Shown here: piece by piece, positions 1 through 11,195 of the stretch
How the letters are laid out: each line of letters starts with the position of its first letter
Position numbering within the stretch: position 1 is the first letter of the stretch
Source of the DNA: a virus
Length of the DNA stretch: 64,000 nucleotides
Reading direction: 5' to 3' (one strand)
Virus record (IMG/VR): IMGVR_UViG_3300032070_000613
Span: 77,096-141,095 of that record
Position numbers and translations under genes: made by a program
The notes under the pieces: model-generated
What the model saw: only the letters and a program-made list of their open reading frames with translations
Told to the model about the DNA's origin: nothing
Databases searched by the model: none

Positions 1-1
1 C

Positions 2-1051
2 TTTAATGAAAATGATGACATACCGGAGTTTATCCAGATCACTAATGAATCCCATACTATGCTTTTGGATACGCCCACCAGGCTGTCTCTAAAAGGTGTA
101 GATATTTCCACTATAGTGGTCGGGCCTGGGAGTGGTACGGGTCCCGCCTATTTGCTGGACGTCGATTACTCTGTGACAGTGGGCAGTGAGTCTGCCTATA
201 CGTATCTCAATTTACTCCAGCATGGTAAAATCCGTCATGGGGACACCGTCCTGGTGTCATATAAAGCCAGTGAAAATTACAGTGTCACCTATATCCACAA
301 TGGTTTGATACCGGAGGTGCAGGACGCGATAGATGTCATGAAGCATGCCTGCGCGGATACTGTCGTGAAAGAATCTGTGAGGAATCTCATAGATCTCAGT
401 TTTAGAGTAGTCCGTGAGACGGGTACTGGTAAAGGTGGTGAGACGAATTACAGTCTGCTCAAATCTCGTATACAGACGGCGGTAGCCAACTATCTGGCCA
501 ATTTAAAAATGGGAGATACGTTCACTCAGGGTGAACTCATCAGCGTCATACATGGAGTGGATGGAGTGAAAGAAATAAAGATACCCATGACGCGCATGAT
601 GAAGCGTAATGGATCTTTTATATCTCTGGATGATCTGGGTCATTTGACTTTCGAGGTATATCAGAAAACCAGCGGTAGTGGAGTCACATCGTATCGTACG
701 ATGGAAAATGTGCTCAGCTATAAGACATCGAATGGCGGGGGAGACCCCAATTTGTTTCGAGGGATATACGAGGACAATATCCTCCTCACCACAGTCACCT
801 CAGCGTCGGACGTCGCCAAAGGACAGGGCAGAGGCTATATACAGGCTGATGGGAGGATCGTGGTGAGTACGACGGACGGGTACGCTCCTCAGTCTAAATA
901 TTACAAAGCGTCCTATTACACATACTATGCCGCGGATGAGAATATTGTACAGGATCTCGTGACCAATGAGGTGGAGTATCTGGATGTGGATAGTGTCAGT
1001 ATGAGGGATATAGAGATTTTGGATGAGAGAGTAACAAAACGAGGACTATAA
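2..1051 (+). CDS. Baseplate J/wedge-like protein, C-terminal part (5' truncated by window)
   Basis: Frame is open from base 2. The segment RIQTAVANYLANLKMGDTFTQGELISVIHGVDGVKEI resembles baseplate J C-termini. First gene of the structural cluster. Confidence 0.6.
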   Translation, partial: FNENDDIPEFIQITNESHTMLLDTPTRLSLKGVDISTIVVGPGSGTGPAYLLDVDYSVTVGSESAYTYLNLLQHGKIRHGDTVLVSYKASENYSVTYIHNGLIPEVQDAIDVMKHACADTVVKESVRNLIDLSFRVVRETGTGKGGETNYSLLKSRIQTAVANYLANLKMGDTFTQGELISVIHGVDGVKEIKIPMTRMMKRNGSFISLDDLGHLTFEVYQKTSGSGVTSYRTMENVLSYKTSNGGGDPNLFRGIYEDNILLTTVTSASDVAKGQGRGYIQADGRIVVSTTDGYAPQSKYYKASYYTYYAADENIVQDLVTNEVEYLDVDSVSMRDIEILDERVTKRGL

Positions 1052-1052
1052 A

Positions 1053-4000
1053 ATGGCTATCAATCAAGGTGAAAATGTATCGACGTCCTATGAGGGTAGT
1101 GGGTATGCTTTCGATAAAGTTTATTTTCAGCCTGGGAAGCCTATTCTCAGCTCTGAATTGAATTTATCACAGGAGCAGCTCGAGACACTGACTCAGAAAT
1201 CCACGGCGCATATGCCGTCCGGATGGCTCAGCTATCGTCCTATCTATACCGCCAAAGATCTCGGGAACAGTTTCTATACGCAGGACCCTGACGCTCCCAA
1301 GCCCGAGGTGGCTCTGGTGAATGGATGGCCTGTGTATGTCACGAATACCAATACTCCTTTAAAGCATATAAATAAAATATCGTTTGATGATAATGATCTC
1401 CGCTCCGGGTCTCGTGTGGATGGAGTGTTTCTGGAGGTATGGAGATCTCTCATATCTCCTCAGGATTCATCTGAGACAGTCGATGGTACAGTAAAACCCC
1501 AGCCGATAGTGAGAGTGAGTACTCTCAATAGTGTGTGGATCTACAATGAAAACATCGGGTGGTCGGTAGGAGAGAACGGTACTATTCTGAAAACCATCGA
1601 TGGAGGCAACAACTGGAAAACCATAAACACTCCCATCAATGTCAATTTCAAAAAAGTAAAATTTCTGGATTTGGATATAGGCTATGCCGTATCTGATAAA
1701 GGGCATATCATCAAGAGTGTGGATAGTGGTGAGTCCTGGTTTTCATTAGATACTCCTATCACGGATGATCTGAATGATTTGTATATCATAGATGCTCAAC
1801 ATGTCTGCGTGGTCGGCAATAATGGTACCATACTGCTGTCGATTGATGGTACGCATTTCAATTTGGTATCTCAGACCGCGGGTAACATTGATAATCTGTA
1901 TGGAGTGACTTTTTTTGATACCTCGGTGGGATGGACGGTGGGAGACAACGGTGCCCTACTGATGACGAAAGATGGGGGAAACTCCTGGCAGAAATATATC
2001 GTCAACGATTCATCTACCAGCACGGTAATCACCGAGAAACTGCTGTCTGTAGCTTTTTACAATCTGAATGACGGTATCATAGTGGGAGCCGATGGTCTGC
2101 TGCTGCGGTCTACCGACAGTGGATTCACGTGGGCTAATATGTCATCGAGGATATGGCATGATGGGTCATATCAGACTATACAGGAGATATTCCCGGGTAG
2201 CACTATAGATTTCAACAGAGTGTTTATCAGGGAAGAGTTTCCGATACGTTTTACTATCGCGGTATATCCTGACTCTAAGAATTTTTTCAAAAATCTGCTG
2301 TATAAGATATCTCCCACGAACTATCCGAACTCTCTGGTTTTGGAGTTCACGGGGACGCAGGATAATATCAACTACGTAAAAGTCCTCGATCTGGATAGCT
2401 ACGCTACCTCAGAAGCCCTACGGGATGCTATCAACAATCTGACGAGCGCCTATAGAGCGGACGACGCCTCGCTGCCTGATGTGCAGCGTCAGAAGGTGCG
2501 CGTATTCGAGGCCTCTATAGAATATGAATCTTTCTCCAAACCGTCTGATTTCCGGCCTACGTCGGGGAGTTTCTCCAGTATCAATCCTGCGCAGATATCT
2601 TTTTCCGTAGAGGATAAAGCATGGATAGCTGGCAGCAATGGAGTAGCTCTCGTCAGCAGCAACAGTGGATCTAAATGGGAGGTCCTCGACCTCAGCACGG
2701 GATATGATTTACAGGATGCGTATTTTGTATCGGATACCAAAGGATGGTTTTCGGGGGCCCAGGGCACTATCATAGGCTATGACGGTGGACTAGTCTCCCC
2801 CATAGAGACGCAGAGTACTGATCTGATCACCAGAGTGCAGGGTAGAATTTTCCCAGAGGGTAACGTACTCTCCATGGCTGAAGATTATTTGAAAGATAAT
2901 ATCATAGATCCTCAGGTGGGTGTAGAGACTACCAAGAGAGTGCAGATACAGTATAGGATCAGGATAGTCAGCGGTATAGATCCTTTTAATCATCCTGAGG
3001 CTGGGCTGGGGCATGACTACGTGTATAGTATGGGTCCTAGCACCAGTGTGACCTCCGCAGGTAACTATACCTTTACGAATATGGGTCAGGAGAATGGGGA
3101 CTATGGTCTCTGGCGTGCCCGGTGTCGGAGTACGTATGATGGGTATAGCTGGGCCATACCGATGTTTTTTGTTTCTCGCAGGAACTCAGGTGCTTTCAAT
3201 GTCGATAACAATATCAACGGGTCCACCTATTTTGATCTGAGTGCTATACGTCCTGATGGATTGACGTACGAGCAGATCACTGATGATGATGTGACTGACA
3301 TACGCAGGCAGGTGGTCATACAATCTTATAGTCATTTTCTGCAGAAAAATCTGGAGAAGCTGCTATCGAATAATCTCAAAACTAGTCTGAGTGATAAAGA
3401 TCAACGGGGTCTGCAGTATGGTACCTCTATTTTGATGGCTGATCAATATACCGGTACTACAGATATTGAAAATCTCGTCCGAGGAGGAGTGTCTTCAGCC
3501 GCGGTCATCGTGGAGGATCAGAAACTGCTGGACCCGAATATACAGATCACGGAGGCGGAGCTGACATTCGGACCGCGGGATAACGGTCTGTATCATAATG
3601 ACCCGGCATATTATAGTGCCTATGTAGTGAGGGACGGTACGCCTACAGCGGAGCCTGTGCAAGGTACGTGGGAAGGGCTGGGCACGAATACGGTCATTTT
3701 TCATATAGCTGATAATTTCACTCCAGCGGGTGGGACTCTGGATGGGATACAGTATCAGGTGACTGCTCATTACATTGATTACTCTCGTGTAGGTCTCACG
3801 AGAGTGCCGCAGACTCCCATATCCGTGAAGTATCAAGCGGATCCTGTAAACTCTGCTCAGACCTATTATTTCAATGGTGTGGATGCTCGTGGTGATAGGC
3901 GGATACTCGAGTATCTGACTGAGAATGTGTCTGGGTATATGGATTATACGTATATCTATTCCGCCAAAACGGTACTCGATAATGTACAGGATCAGAATCT

Positions 4001-5486
4001 TTATGAGCTTTTGGGGCATACGGCTATAAATGATCCTGACGCTCAAAAGAGTTTGAGAAAATATGAGGGGCAGCAGTTTCGAGGGTCGCTGGTAGAGTAT
4101 CATTATTTCATGCAGACGACGGTCTCTACTGACGTACTCCGTATCCCGAAAAATTTAAATGGGTATGCTATTTATGGTGTGCGCTCCGTCCATAATGTGA
4201 CTGGGGCCTCATACAAAATCTCCATAGATTTCGCGGGAGATCTCTCCATGCGGGATAGAGAGATAGTGGGAGTCACTCTCGATAAAGATAACATCGTCGT
4301 CTATCTGGATGAGGCTTTTACCATACCTGCTAATGCTATCCTGGAGGTGACTCTGGAGGCGTGCGTACCGGGGAGTGCTCTCGGTGGTGCTACAGCAGAT
4401 ACAGGTATCACGGTGTCTAGCACTGGAGAGAATCAGGATGCTCTGAGGACCTCGTTTACGTCTAATTTTAATGTAGCGTCTAGAGGAGTGGGTGGGATGT
4501 ATGTAGGAGTGCTATATCCTGTTACTCTTACTGGTCTCACTACAATTTTTCCTATAGACCTCGATACTTCTGCGGTATCAGGGCTGGTCGGTGGTACTAT
4601 ACTGGGTATGATATCGTGTGAGACCAAGGAGAAAACTTATCAGCCATATTTGTGGTATCAGGCGTCGTCACTCCCTCCTCAGAATAATTATTTCACGATG
4701 GTGCCTGTGTCTTCTATTGATCAGCTGGGGACGTCATCGATTATAGTGACTATAGATCCCAGGAAAGCCGTGCAAGCTGGGACGATACTAGTGCCTCTCC
4801 TGGTGAAACTGGCGACGCTGCCGTATCTGGCCGCCTCGTCTGTAGCTACTGCGTTTTATAAGTTTGTGCCGTATCAGACAGTGGGCAATTTGCCTGCTGA
4901 GCTCACTGTAGAGATCCTGAACATGTCCGATTTCGTATATATCACTAATCTAGGTACTGGAGCCAGTGAGGTGATACGTGGGGAGCCTTATGAGATACCC
5001 GCGGAGCATATAGCAGTGAATGATGACTCCGTGCAGAATGATAATACATTCTCAAACGTGGATGATCTCGATTTTAATAATTTCAGGATAGATACCGGAT
5101 TCGTGAAAATGCCTGGTATCCTGTCTCAATATGTGGGAGAGGATATTACTTTATCGAGCCCTAATAACATAGGGGACAAAGTCGGCAGGTCTTTTTATGC
5201 GGTCAGTTCTGTGGATGTCGTAGCGCAGTCTGAGAGTATGACTATAGGTACTCCCAGGAAAGTTTTTGTGCCTATGGTCGCTAGAGTACGATCGGATGTC
5301 ACGTATCCATTCGTAAGGGGTGAGATAGTCCTGCTGATTTTCAGTAAAGTCTATAAAGCCCGTCTCGATAACAAGACAGGATATTTTGAGGATACTGATA
5401 CGGAGTATGCTCCTGGGTATATAGAAAACGCTGAGACTGCAGTTTCAGTGTATAGATTGGTTAATAGGCCTCTCGTCCGGAAATAA
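1053..5486 (+). CDS. Large virion structural protein with YCF48/BNR-type beta-propeller insert
   Basis: N-terminal FDKVYFQPGKPILSSELN motif typical of large-phage baseplate/tail proteins; repeated GWxVGxNGxILxTxDGGxxW blades; paralogous to 34084..37413. Confidence 0.7.
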   Translation: MAINQGENVSTSYEGSGYAFDKVYFQPGKPILSSELNLSQEQLETLTQKSTAHMPSGWLSYRPIYTAKDLGNSFYTQDPDAPKPEVALVNGWPVYVTNTNTPLKHINKISFDDNDLRSGSRVDGVFLEVWRSLISPQDSSETVDGTVKPQPIVRVSTLNSVWIYNENIGWSVGENGTILKTIDGGNNWKTINTPINVNFKKVKFLDLDIGYAVSDKGHIIKSVDSGESWFSLDTPITDDLNDLYIIDAQHVCVVGNNGTILLSIDGTHFNLVSQTAGNIDNLYGVTFFDTSVGWTVGDNGALLMTKDGGNSWQKYIVNDSSTSTVITEKLLSVAFYNLNDGIIVGADGLLLRSTDSGFTWANMSSRIWHDGSYQTIQEIFPGSTIDFNRVFIREEFPIRFTIAVYPDSKNFFKNLLYKISPTNYPNSLVLEFTGTQDNINYVKVLDLDSYATSEALRDAINNLTSAYRADDASLPDVQRQKVRVFEASIEYESFSKPSDFRPTSGSFSSINPAQISFSVEDKAWIAGSNGVALVSSNSGSKWEVLDLSTGYDLQDAYFVSDTKGWFSGAQGTIIGYDGGLVSPIETQSTDLITRVQGRIFPEGNVLSMAEDYLKDNIIDPQVGVETTKRVQIQYRIRIVSGIDPFNHPEAGLGHDYVYSMGPSTSVTSAGNYTFTNMGQENGDYGLWRARCRSTYDGYSWAIPMFFVSRRNSGAFNVDNNINGSTYFDLSAIRPDGLTYEQITDDDVTDIRRQVVIQSYSHFLQKNLEKLLSNNLKTSLSDKDQRGLQYGTSILMADQYTGTTDIENLVRGGVSSAAVIVEDQKLLDPNIQITEAELTFGPRDNGLYHNDPAYYSAYVVRDGTPTAEPVQGTWEGLGTNTVIFHIADNFTPAGGTLDGIQYQVTAHYIDYSRVGLTRVPQTPISVKYQADPVNSAQTYYFNGVDARGDRRILEYLTENVSGYMDYTYIYSAKTVLDNVQDQNLYELLGHTAINDPDAQKSLRKYEGQQFRGSLVEYHYFMQTTVSTDVLRIPKNLNGYAIYGVRSVHNVTGASYKISIDFAGDLSMRDREIVGVTLDKDNIVVYLDEAFTIPANAILEVTLEACVPGSALGGATADTGITVSSTGENQDALRTSFTSNFNVASRGVGGMYVGVLYPVTLTGLTTIFPIDLDTSAVSGLVGGTILGMISCETKEKTYQPYLWYQASSLPPQNNYFTMVPVSSIDQLGTSSIIVTIDPRKAVQAGTILVPLLVKLATLPYLAASSVATAFYKFVPYQTVGNLPAELTVEILNMSDFVYITNLGTGASEVIRGEPYEIPAEHIAVNDDSVQNDNTFSNVDDLDFNNFRIDTGFVKMPGILSQYVGEDITLSSPNNIGDKVGRSFYAVSSVDVVAQSESMTIGTPRKVFVPMVARVRSDVTYPFVRGEIVLLIFSKVYKARLDNKTGYFEDTDTEYAPGYIENAETAVSVYRLVNRPLVRK

Positions 5487-5494
5487 AATAGCAA

Positions 5495-6604
5495 ATGGAT
5501 AACACAAATCTCATATATGAAATCCGTAATGCGGATGGCACTATAGATTATGTAGTAAATCTGGGGGCCGTCCTTTATAATGAGCGTGTGCTGAATATCA
5601 GCAATCTGATCATTCCTCTACGCAGTCAGTCTTTTTTTACGCTCCCTGAGGATAAAGGTAAATTTGCCGCGGTCAATGTTTATTATAATCCGGATGATGG
5701 AGTGTTCGTTTTTGATCCGGTTATAAAATCAGATATTTTTATCCAGAACGTATCCTCAGATGCTCTCTCTAACTATCTCCCTATAGCTCAATTCATCATT
5801 CAGGAAGCCTATGGTAGTTTCGACGTACTCGTCGTCAATCAATTTTCTAAAATGTCGACTTTTTCCATCACCCAGCAGTTTGAGCAGGGTGATAGAGGCT
5901 CACAGGGGCCCGTAGGAGACACGGGACTCGCCGGATATGTGGGAGTGAGGGGATTGACGGGTCTCGATGGTTTGGCGGGGTTTACGGGCTTCCAGGGAGT
6001 CACTGGGATGGGGACGCAGGGTGCGAGGGGTCCTCAGGGGGAGACTGGTTTATATCCGTCTACAGAGTTACTTTATTACAGTAAATTCAAATCTGATAGT
6101 ATACAGCTCGTGGATTATTCTGTTTTTGAAAGAGATCTCGTATGGGGTTCTACGGGGGCGGGGTATACGGGGATAGGATATACGGGTGTAGGTTTAGGGG
6201 ATACAGGAGAATTTTTTGTTCCTCAGACTTTATCAGCCTATGTAGTTGAGGATGGTATCGTTGATCAGTGTCAGTCGATTACGTATAGAGGTGGGGTGTC
6301 TTCTTATACGTGTACGGGATTTATAGGGTTCACGGGGACTATTCAGGCGTGGGTGCGTTTAGACGTGCCACCGCAGGCGGATTTTTCTTATGTAGTGAGT
6401 ACGAGTAGTTCTTTGAGATATACGTTCACGGATATTTCTACGATGTCTCCTACTCGGTGGGAGTGGGATTTAGGGGATGGTGGAGGGACTGTTACGGCAT
6501 CCAGTTTTTCATATTTGTATTCGGCGCATGGGGATTATATAGTGACGCTCCGGGCGTATAATGCCGCGGGAGTTTCTGAGCGTTCTAAAGTCATTACTGT
6601 TTAG
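5495..6604 (+). CDS. Virion protein with short collagen-like segment and C-terminal PKD domain
   Basis: GxxGxx run (GDRGSQGPVGDTG...); PKD motif FTDISTMSPTRWEWDLGDG...YIVTL. Confidence 0.7.
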   Translation: MDNTNLIYEIRNADGTIDYVVNLGAVLYNERVLNISNLIIPLRSQSFFTLPEDKGKFAAVNVYYNPDDGVFVFDPVIKSDIFIQNVSSDALSNYLPIAQFIIQEAYGSFDVLVVNQFSKMSTFSITQQFEQGDRGSQGPVGDTGLAGYVGVRGLTGLDGLAGFTGFQGVTGMGTQGARGPQGETGLYPSTELLYYSKFKSDSIQLVDYSVFERDLVWGSTGAGYTGIGYTGVGLGDTGEFFVPQTLSAYVVEDGIVDQCQSITYRGGVSSYTCTGFIGFTGTIQAWVRLDVPPQADFSYVVSTSSSLRYTFTDISTMSPTRWEWDLGDGGGTVTASSFSYLYSAHGDYIVTLRAYNAAGVSERSKVITV

Positions 6605-6615
6605 TAGGTTTTTAT

Positions 6616-7272
6616 ATGGCTATTGTAGCTGATTTCACGGTATCGAGTAGAGTGGGTGACAGTTTCAACACTGTTACTTTCGCTGATGCTTCTACGGGTG
6701 TTATTACGTCCAGGAAGTGGATATTGGGTGATGGGGAGGTAGTGGAGGGGAATGAGACTACCGTAAAACACACTTATTTGGCTGCGGGTACGTATGATGT
6801 GACACTCGTTGTACAGGATAGTACGGATCAGGATAGTGAGACTAAAGTCGGGTATATCATAGTCAACGATATTAGGCCTACGCCGAATTTCATTATCATG
6901 CAATCTTTTGAGAGATCTTCTGGATCATACTGGAGGTTTTATATAGACACTGCGTTTCATCTGGTTTTTGAGACGCATCAATATATTTATCGTTCGAACG
7001 ATAGGGTGATAGATATCAGGCAGTGGGCTTTAGTGCAGTTTGATTTTCTTTCTGAGAAAATGCACTGGGGATCGTATTTGGGTCATTATAAGGAGATAGG
7101 GTCTCATAAATCAGTGAATGCGTCTCCTTTGGTTCTTTCGAGGTCGGGGACGGACATAGCTCCTGACAGTACTGTAAAGTTAGATGAGCTTAAAGTGTGG
7201 TCGGTAGAGAAAAATTTGAGTGAGTATCACAGCGCCACTCGAGGTCGAGCGGGCTATTTAGATTTGAGGTGA
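6616..7272 (+). CDS. PKD-domain protein
   Basis: ADFT...VTFADASTG...WILGDG...HTYLAAGTYDVTL. Confidence 0.75.
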   Translation: MAIVADFTVSSRVGDSFNTVTFADASTGVITSRKWILGDGEVVEGNETTVKHTYLAAGTYDVTLVVQDSTDQDSETKVGYIIVNDIRPTPNFIIMQSFERSSGSYWRFYIDTAFHLVFETHQYIYRSNDRVIDIRQWALVQFDFLSEKMHWGSYLGHYKEIGSHKSVNASPLVLSRSGTDIAPDSTVKLDELKVWSVEKNLSEYHSATRGRAGYLDLR

Positions 7273-7276
7273 GTAC

Positions 7277-7765
7277 ATGGTCACTGCAGACATTCTTTTA
7301 TACAAGAATGGGGAGACGGGGCCGAGCGGAGAGAGCGGCCTTTTTTTGTATGCTGCCCCATTATCCGCTCAGTTTAAAGTCAGTGTGACGAGCGGTATTC
7401 CCACGGCGTTTCATTGGGATTTTGGGGATGGGGGGATTAGTGATGTGCGGGAGCCTTATCATACTTTCAGTTCTTATGGGCGGCATCGGATAGTATTGAC
7501 TACGACTGATTCTGTTGGTACGGATATTTTTATTTTCGATCTTATTCTAGGCAAATTAGATTTTTATGCTGATGTTGTGAGGGGATTGAGTCCTTTGACG
7601 GTGCGGTTTGAGGATCAGAGTGTAGCGCCGCTTGGGTGTCATTTCACCGGGGCTGTCTGGAATTTTGGGGATGGTTTGACGGGTATGGCTCCTAGCATTA
7701 GTCATGTTTATACTGAGAATGGTAAATATAATGTGAGTCTGAGTGCTTTATTTACTGATGTGTGA
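7277..7765 (+). CDS. Tandem PKD-domain protein
   Basis: Two WDFGDG/WNFGDG...HxY/F motifs. Confidence 0.75.
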   Translation: MVTADILLYKNGETGPSGESGLFLYAAPLSAQFKVSVTSGIPTAFHWDFGDGGISDVREPYHTFSSYGRHRIVLTTTDSVGTDIFIFDLILGKLDFYADVVRGLSPLTVRFEDQSVAPLGCHFTGAVWNFGDGLTGMAPSISHVYTENGKYNVSLSALFTDV

Positions 7766-7788
7766 TGGATGCCTAAATGAATCAATGA

Positions 7789-10545
7789 ATGAGCTGTAGT
7801 ATGTATCGTTTTCCAATCACAATAGATAAGACAAAAGTCAAAGGTACAAATACCAATTTCGTGTATTTGTTTTCAGAACTCTGCTCTTCTATTCCTTCCG
7901 GATTCTGGTCCCATGTTGTTGATACTGTTTCAGGTTTAGATATTCGATTTTTTGATACAGATGGTCTTACAGAACTCAAACGAGAGATAGTATTTTTTGA
8001 TGTTGGTGGTCATAAAATAGAGTCATGGGTACTGGTCCCTTCCCTGAATGACGCTTCCGACAAAGTTATTTACTGTCAGTATGGGGTATTAACAAAAGCA
8101 AATGACTATGACCTCTGGACGATTATCGGGGCCGTCGCAGTATACCATTTTCAAGGAACATCCGACAGCACTCCCAATGCGAATAATGGAACAAACCACG
8201 GGGTCAATTTTCAGGCCGGAAAGATCGGAAACTGTGCGAATTTCGATAGGGTCGACAGCGATTGGATCGACGTACCGAATGCTCCGTCTCTTTTATGTCA
8301 CACTTGGAACTATGGGATCACCGCCTGGGTGAAAAATAAAGTTGGGTCGTTGGCGGGGGGAAATACGTATGCGCAGATGTGGAGTGACCCTGTTTCGATG
8401 ATGAATTTTGTAGTTTATGGAGACCCGACCTGGGCCCATATTCTATTAATGATGACGGACACCGGGTCATTTAAATGGGGAGGACACTTTGATTCTCTTA
8501 AACCCTTGACGGAGGACGTCTGGCATCACCTCACGGAGGCAAAAGCTGATGCATTAGTACGCCTTTTAATTGACGGAGAACCAAAAAACACAAATCTTGA
8601 TTACGTCGGAGTGCCGTTCCCAACAAATTTAAATCTTGAGATAGGTCGTAGTCGCGCTCCAACTTACATGGATGGAATGATTGACGAGTTACGAATATAC
8701 TCAGATGGTACAATTCCGACAGCAGACTGGACGAATACAGAATACAATAACCAAAACGATCCAGCAACATTTTCTTATTGTGGTCCGGAAGAACATGAAG
8801 ACATCAGAATTTTATCTGCTGGTGGTGCTTTTAATTTAGGACCCTACGGTGCTCACAGAAGGATAATGGTTTCTGATGATAATGGGGTAACGTGGAGTAC
8901 CATTTATATAGATGATATTGATGATAAGTTTGTAAGTATCACTAAAGGCGATGGTCAAATAGTTCTTGCTTTAACAGTATCAGGAAAAATTTTTAGATCT
9001 ACAGATAATGGAATAAGTTGGACTGATCTCGGGGATGTTACCGGACCATGCATGCCATTCTTTTTATCTAATAATCCTACAGGACAAGTAAAACATTTAA
9101 GTGGGAGTACTTTTTTAGCTGGTGGGACTCATTTATATAGAACTACTAATAATGGAGATACGTGGACACAGATTAATTTTACGATTCCTGTAGGTTTAGA
9201 TTTATTGCCTGGAATGTATATAGGAGCTATTAAGAAATTAGATAATGGTGATATTTTAATAACTTCAGATATTGACCCGTTTTCTCAATATACACCTAAG
9301 ATGTATTGTTTAAAGTCAGTGGATAATGGATTAACATTTTCCCATATTCCATTGTTAGATACAACATTCACATACCGTCTGCTTTTAAATATAACAGATT
9401 TAGGTAGTGGTAGAATTCTTATAGCTGGGCCTGTATTTGATATTGGCGATCCTAATTTTTATGCATCGGTATATTTGACTACTGATTATGGGTCTACTTG
9501 GAATAGAGTGTGTAAGGAACTTGATACATTACCTCCGGGTAGCGCTTTTACAGATATAGTTAACATAGGATCTGGGACTTTATTTGCTGTCGGATTCAAA
9601 AAATATTATTTTGGAAGCAATTATTTTTTAGTTGAGGTATCTCATGATAATGGTAGTACATGGTTAAAGGTCAGTGGATATAATAATGGAAAAATTATCT
9701 GTGCATCTTATATACCATCGATAGGGTTAACTTTTGTCGGAATTGGTGATTACTCAACATTAGGGTATCTTGCAGAGTCAGCCGATCTTGAAGATGGATA
9801 TAGTTGGATAGGACTTACCCCCACTGATAAACCAGAAAGAACAAACTCCATAATATTTTTTACTCCCACGTTTCCATCTCTTATCGCCGATTTTATAGGC
9901 ACCCCATTATCAGGTTATTCCCCTTTAACAGTTCAATTTACAGATACTTCTACCGGTTCTCCCTCTACATGGGACTGGGATTTCGGTGATGGTTCTGTAT
10001 CTACGGAGCAAAATCCTTCTCATGTCTATACAGTAGCTGGGGTCTATACCGTGACATTGTCTGTCAATGGGGGAGCTAGTACTAAAACAAGAACAGATTA
10101 TATCACTGTTAATATAGCGGCTGATTTTACAGGGTTCCCTATTGAAGGGGAAGCGCCTCTATCTGTTGTTTTTACTGATACCTCTACAGGCTCTCCGGAT
10201 ACGTGGTTGTGGGAATTTGGAGACGGTACTACATCTACTAGTCATAATCCCACCCATATCTATACGACATCTGGAGCATATACCATCAAATTGACGGCAT
10301 CTAAAGGGGCTATTTCAGATATTAAAATAAAAACTGAATATATCATAGTTCTGGTCAATTATCCTACTTTAGTCACTGAAGATTATGCTGTCTCACCGGA
10401 AAGACTTGATGTCAGGACAATGCATGCCAGTTCTGTAGGGAATTATCTGTTTATAAAAAAAGGTATAAGAATAATTCTTAAGTCTCAAGATACGGGCGAT
10501 AGCGGATTTATACGACCGAACGGACCGACGGTTGTATTTGATTAA
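7789..10545 (+). CDS. DUF2341 + LamG + BNR/sialidase-like propeller + 2 PKD domains; putative receptor-binding/decoration protein
   Basis: GLDIRFFDTDGLTELKREI (DUF2341-like), GMIDELRIY (LamG), SxDxGxTW repeats (BNR), WDWDFGDG (PKD). Confidence 0.75.
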   Translation: MSCSMYRFPITIDKTKVKGTNTNFVYLFSELCSSIPSGFWSHVVDTVSGLDIRFFDTDGLTELKREIVFFDVGGHKIESWVLVPSLNDASDKVIYCQYGVLTKANDYDLWTIIGAVAVYHFQGTSDSTPNANNGTNHGVNFQAGKIGNCANFDRVDSDWIDVPNAPSLLCHTWNYGITAWVKNKVGSLAGGNTYAQMWSDPVSMMNFVVYGDPTWAHILLMMTDTGSFKWGGHFDSLKPLTEDVWHHLTEAKADALVRLLIDGEPKNTNLDYVGVPFPTNLNLEIGRSRAPTYMDGMIDELRIYSDGTIPTADWTNTEYNNQNDPATFSYCGPEEHEDIRILSAGGAFNLGPYGAHRRIMVSDDNGVTWSTIYIDDIDDKFVSITKGDGQIVLALTVSGKIFRSTDNGISWTDLGDVTGPCMPFFLSNNPTGQVKHLSGSTFLAGGTHLYRTTNNGDTWTQINFTIPVGLDLLPGMYIGAIKKLDNGDILITSDIDPFSQYTPKMYCLKSVDNGLTFSHIPLLDTTFTYRLLLNITDLGSGRILIAGPVFDIGDPNFYASVYLTTDYGSTWNRVCKELDTLPPGSAFTDIVNIGSGTLFAVGFKKYYFGSNYFLVEVSHDNGSTWLKVSGYNNGKIICASYIPSIGLTFVGIGDYSTLGYLAESADLEDGYSWIGLTPTDKPERTNSIIFFTPTFPSLIADFIGTPLSGYSPLTVQFTDTSTGSPSTWDWDFGDGSVSTEQNPSHVYTVAGVYTVTLSVNGGASTKTRTDYITVNIAADFTGFPIEGEAPLSVVFTDTSTGSPDTWLWEFGDGTTSTSHNPTHIYTTSGAYTIKLTASKGAISDIKIKTEYIIVLVNYPTLVTEDYAVSPERLDVRTMHASSVGNYLFIKKGIRIILKSQDTGDSGFIRPNGPTVVFD

Positions 10546-10571
10546 ATAAAAATGTTAGTTTTATTTAATTT

Positions 10572-11186
10572 ATGAACAAATGTATACATGTTGTTTGTGT
10601 TAATAATTATAGACTAGATATAGTATGTAAAACTATTCCTTCTCTTCAATTTTACGCTAAAAGGATCGGTGCTAATTTTAATTTGATAACTGATCGTAAA
10701 TATCCAGAATGGCCCGTGACCTATGAAAAAATGCAGGTATATGATATAGGAAAAAAATATGACTGCAACATACTGTTAGATTGTGACATATTATTAGATC
10801 AAAAAATGTATGATATTACAGAGATAGTACCTTCAAATTGTATTGGTACCTGGATGGTATATGATCCTGCTATTACAATTAAAGAGGATGAATTTATTAA
10901 ACTGGATGGGTCTGATAGGATACCTGTGACTAATTGTATTGTTACCAGGCAGTCTCAGCATGAATTTTGGAAGCCTTTTGATAGCATATCGATGGTGACA
11001 GCTTTGTCTAGAATGAAAAGGGAATTTGTTATAGATGAGTATTGTGTAGGAAGAAATACTAAAAAAAATAATTTTTCTATAGTTGGAATTATAGAAAAAA
11101 GAGCGGAAAATAAACTGTTTTTTCATGGAAATATTACAACAGAAAGTAATTCTGAATTTTTTTCACAATTAAATAACATTAAATAG
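10572..11186 (+). CDS. Putative GT-A glycosyltransferase (GT8-like)
   Basis: YAKRIGANF, YEKMQV and DxD motif LLDCDILL; similar to the N-terminal half of the next gene. Confidence 0.65.
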   Translation: MNKCIHVVCVNNYRLDIVCKTIPSLQFYAKRIGANFNLITDRKYPEWPVTYEKMQVYDIGKKYDCNILLDCDILLDQKMYDITEIVPSNCIGTWMVYDPAITIKEDEFIKLDGSDRIPVTNCIVTRQSQHEFWKPFDSISMVTALSRMKREFVIDEYCVGRNTKKNNFSIVGIIEKRAENKLFFHGNITTESNSEFFSQLNNIK

Positions 11187-11195
11187 GATGGATTT

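Noticed and set aside
7320-7348. Terminator-like GGCCG...CGGCC plus T-tract
   Set aside because: It lies inside a PKD gene, has only a 5 bp stem and is explained by the codons.
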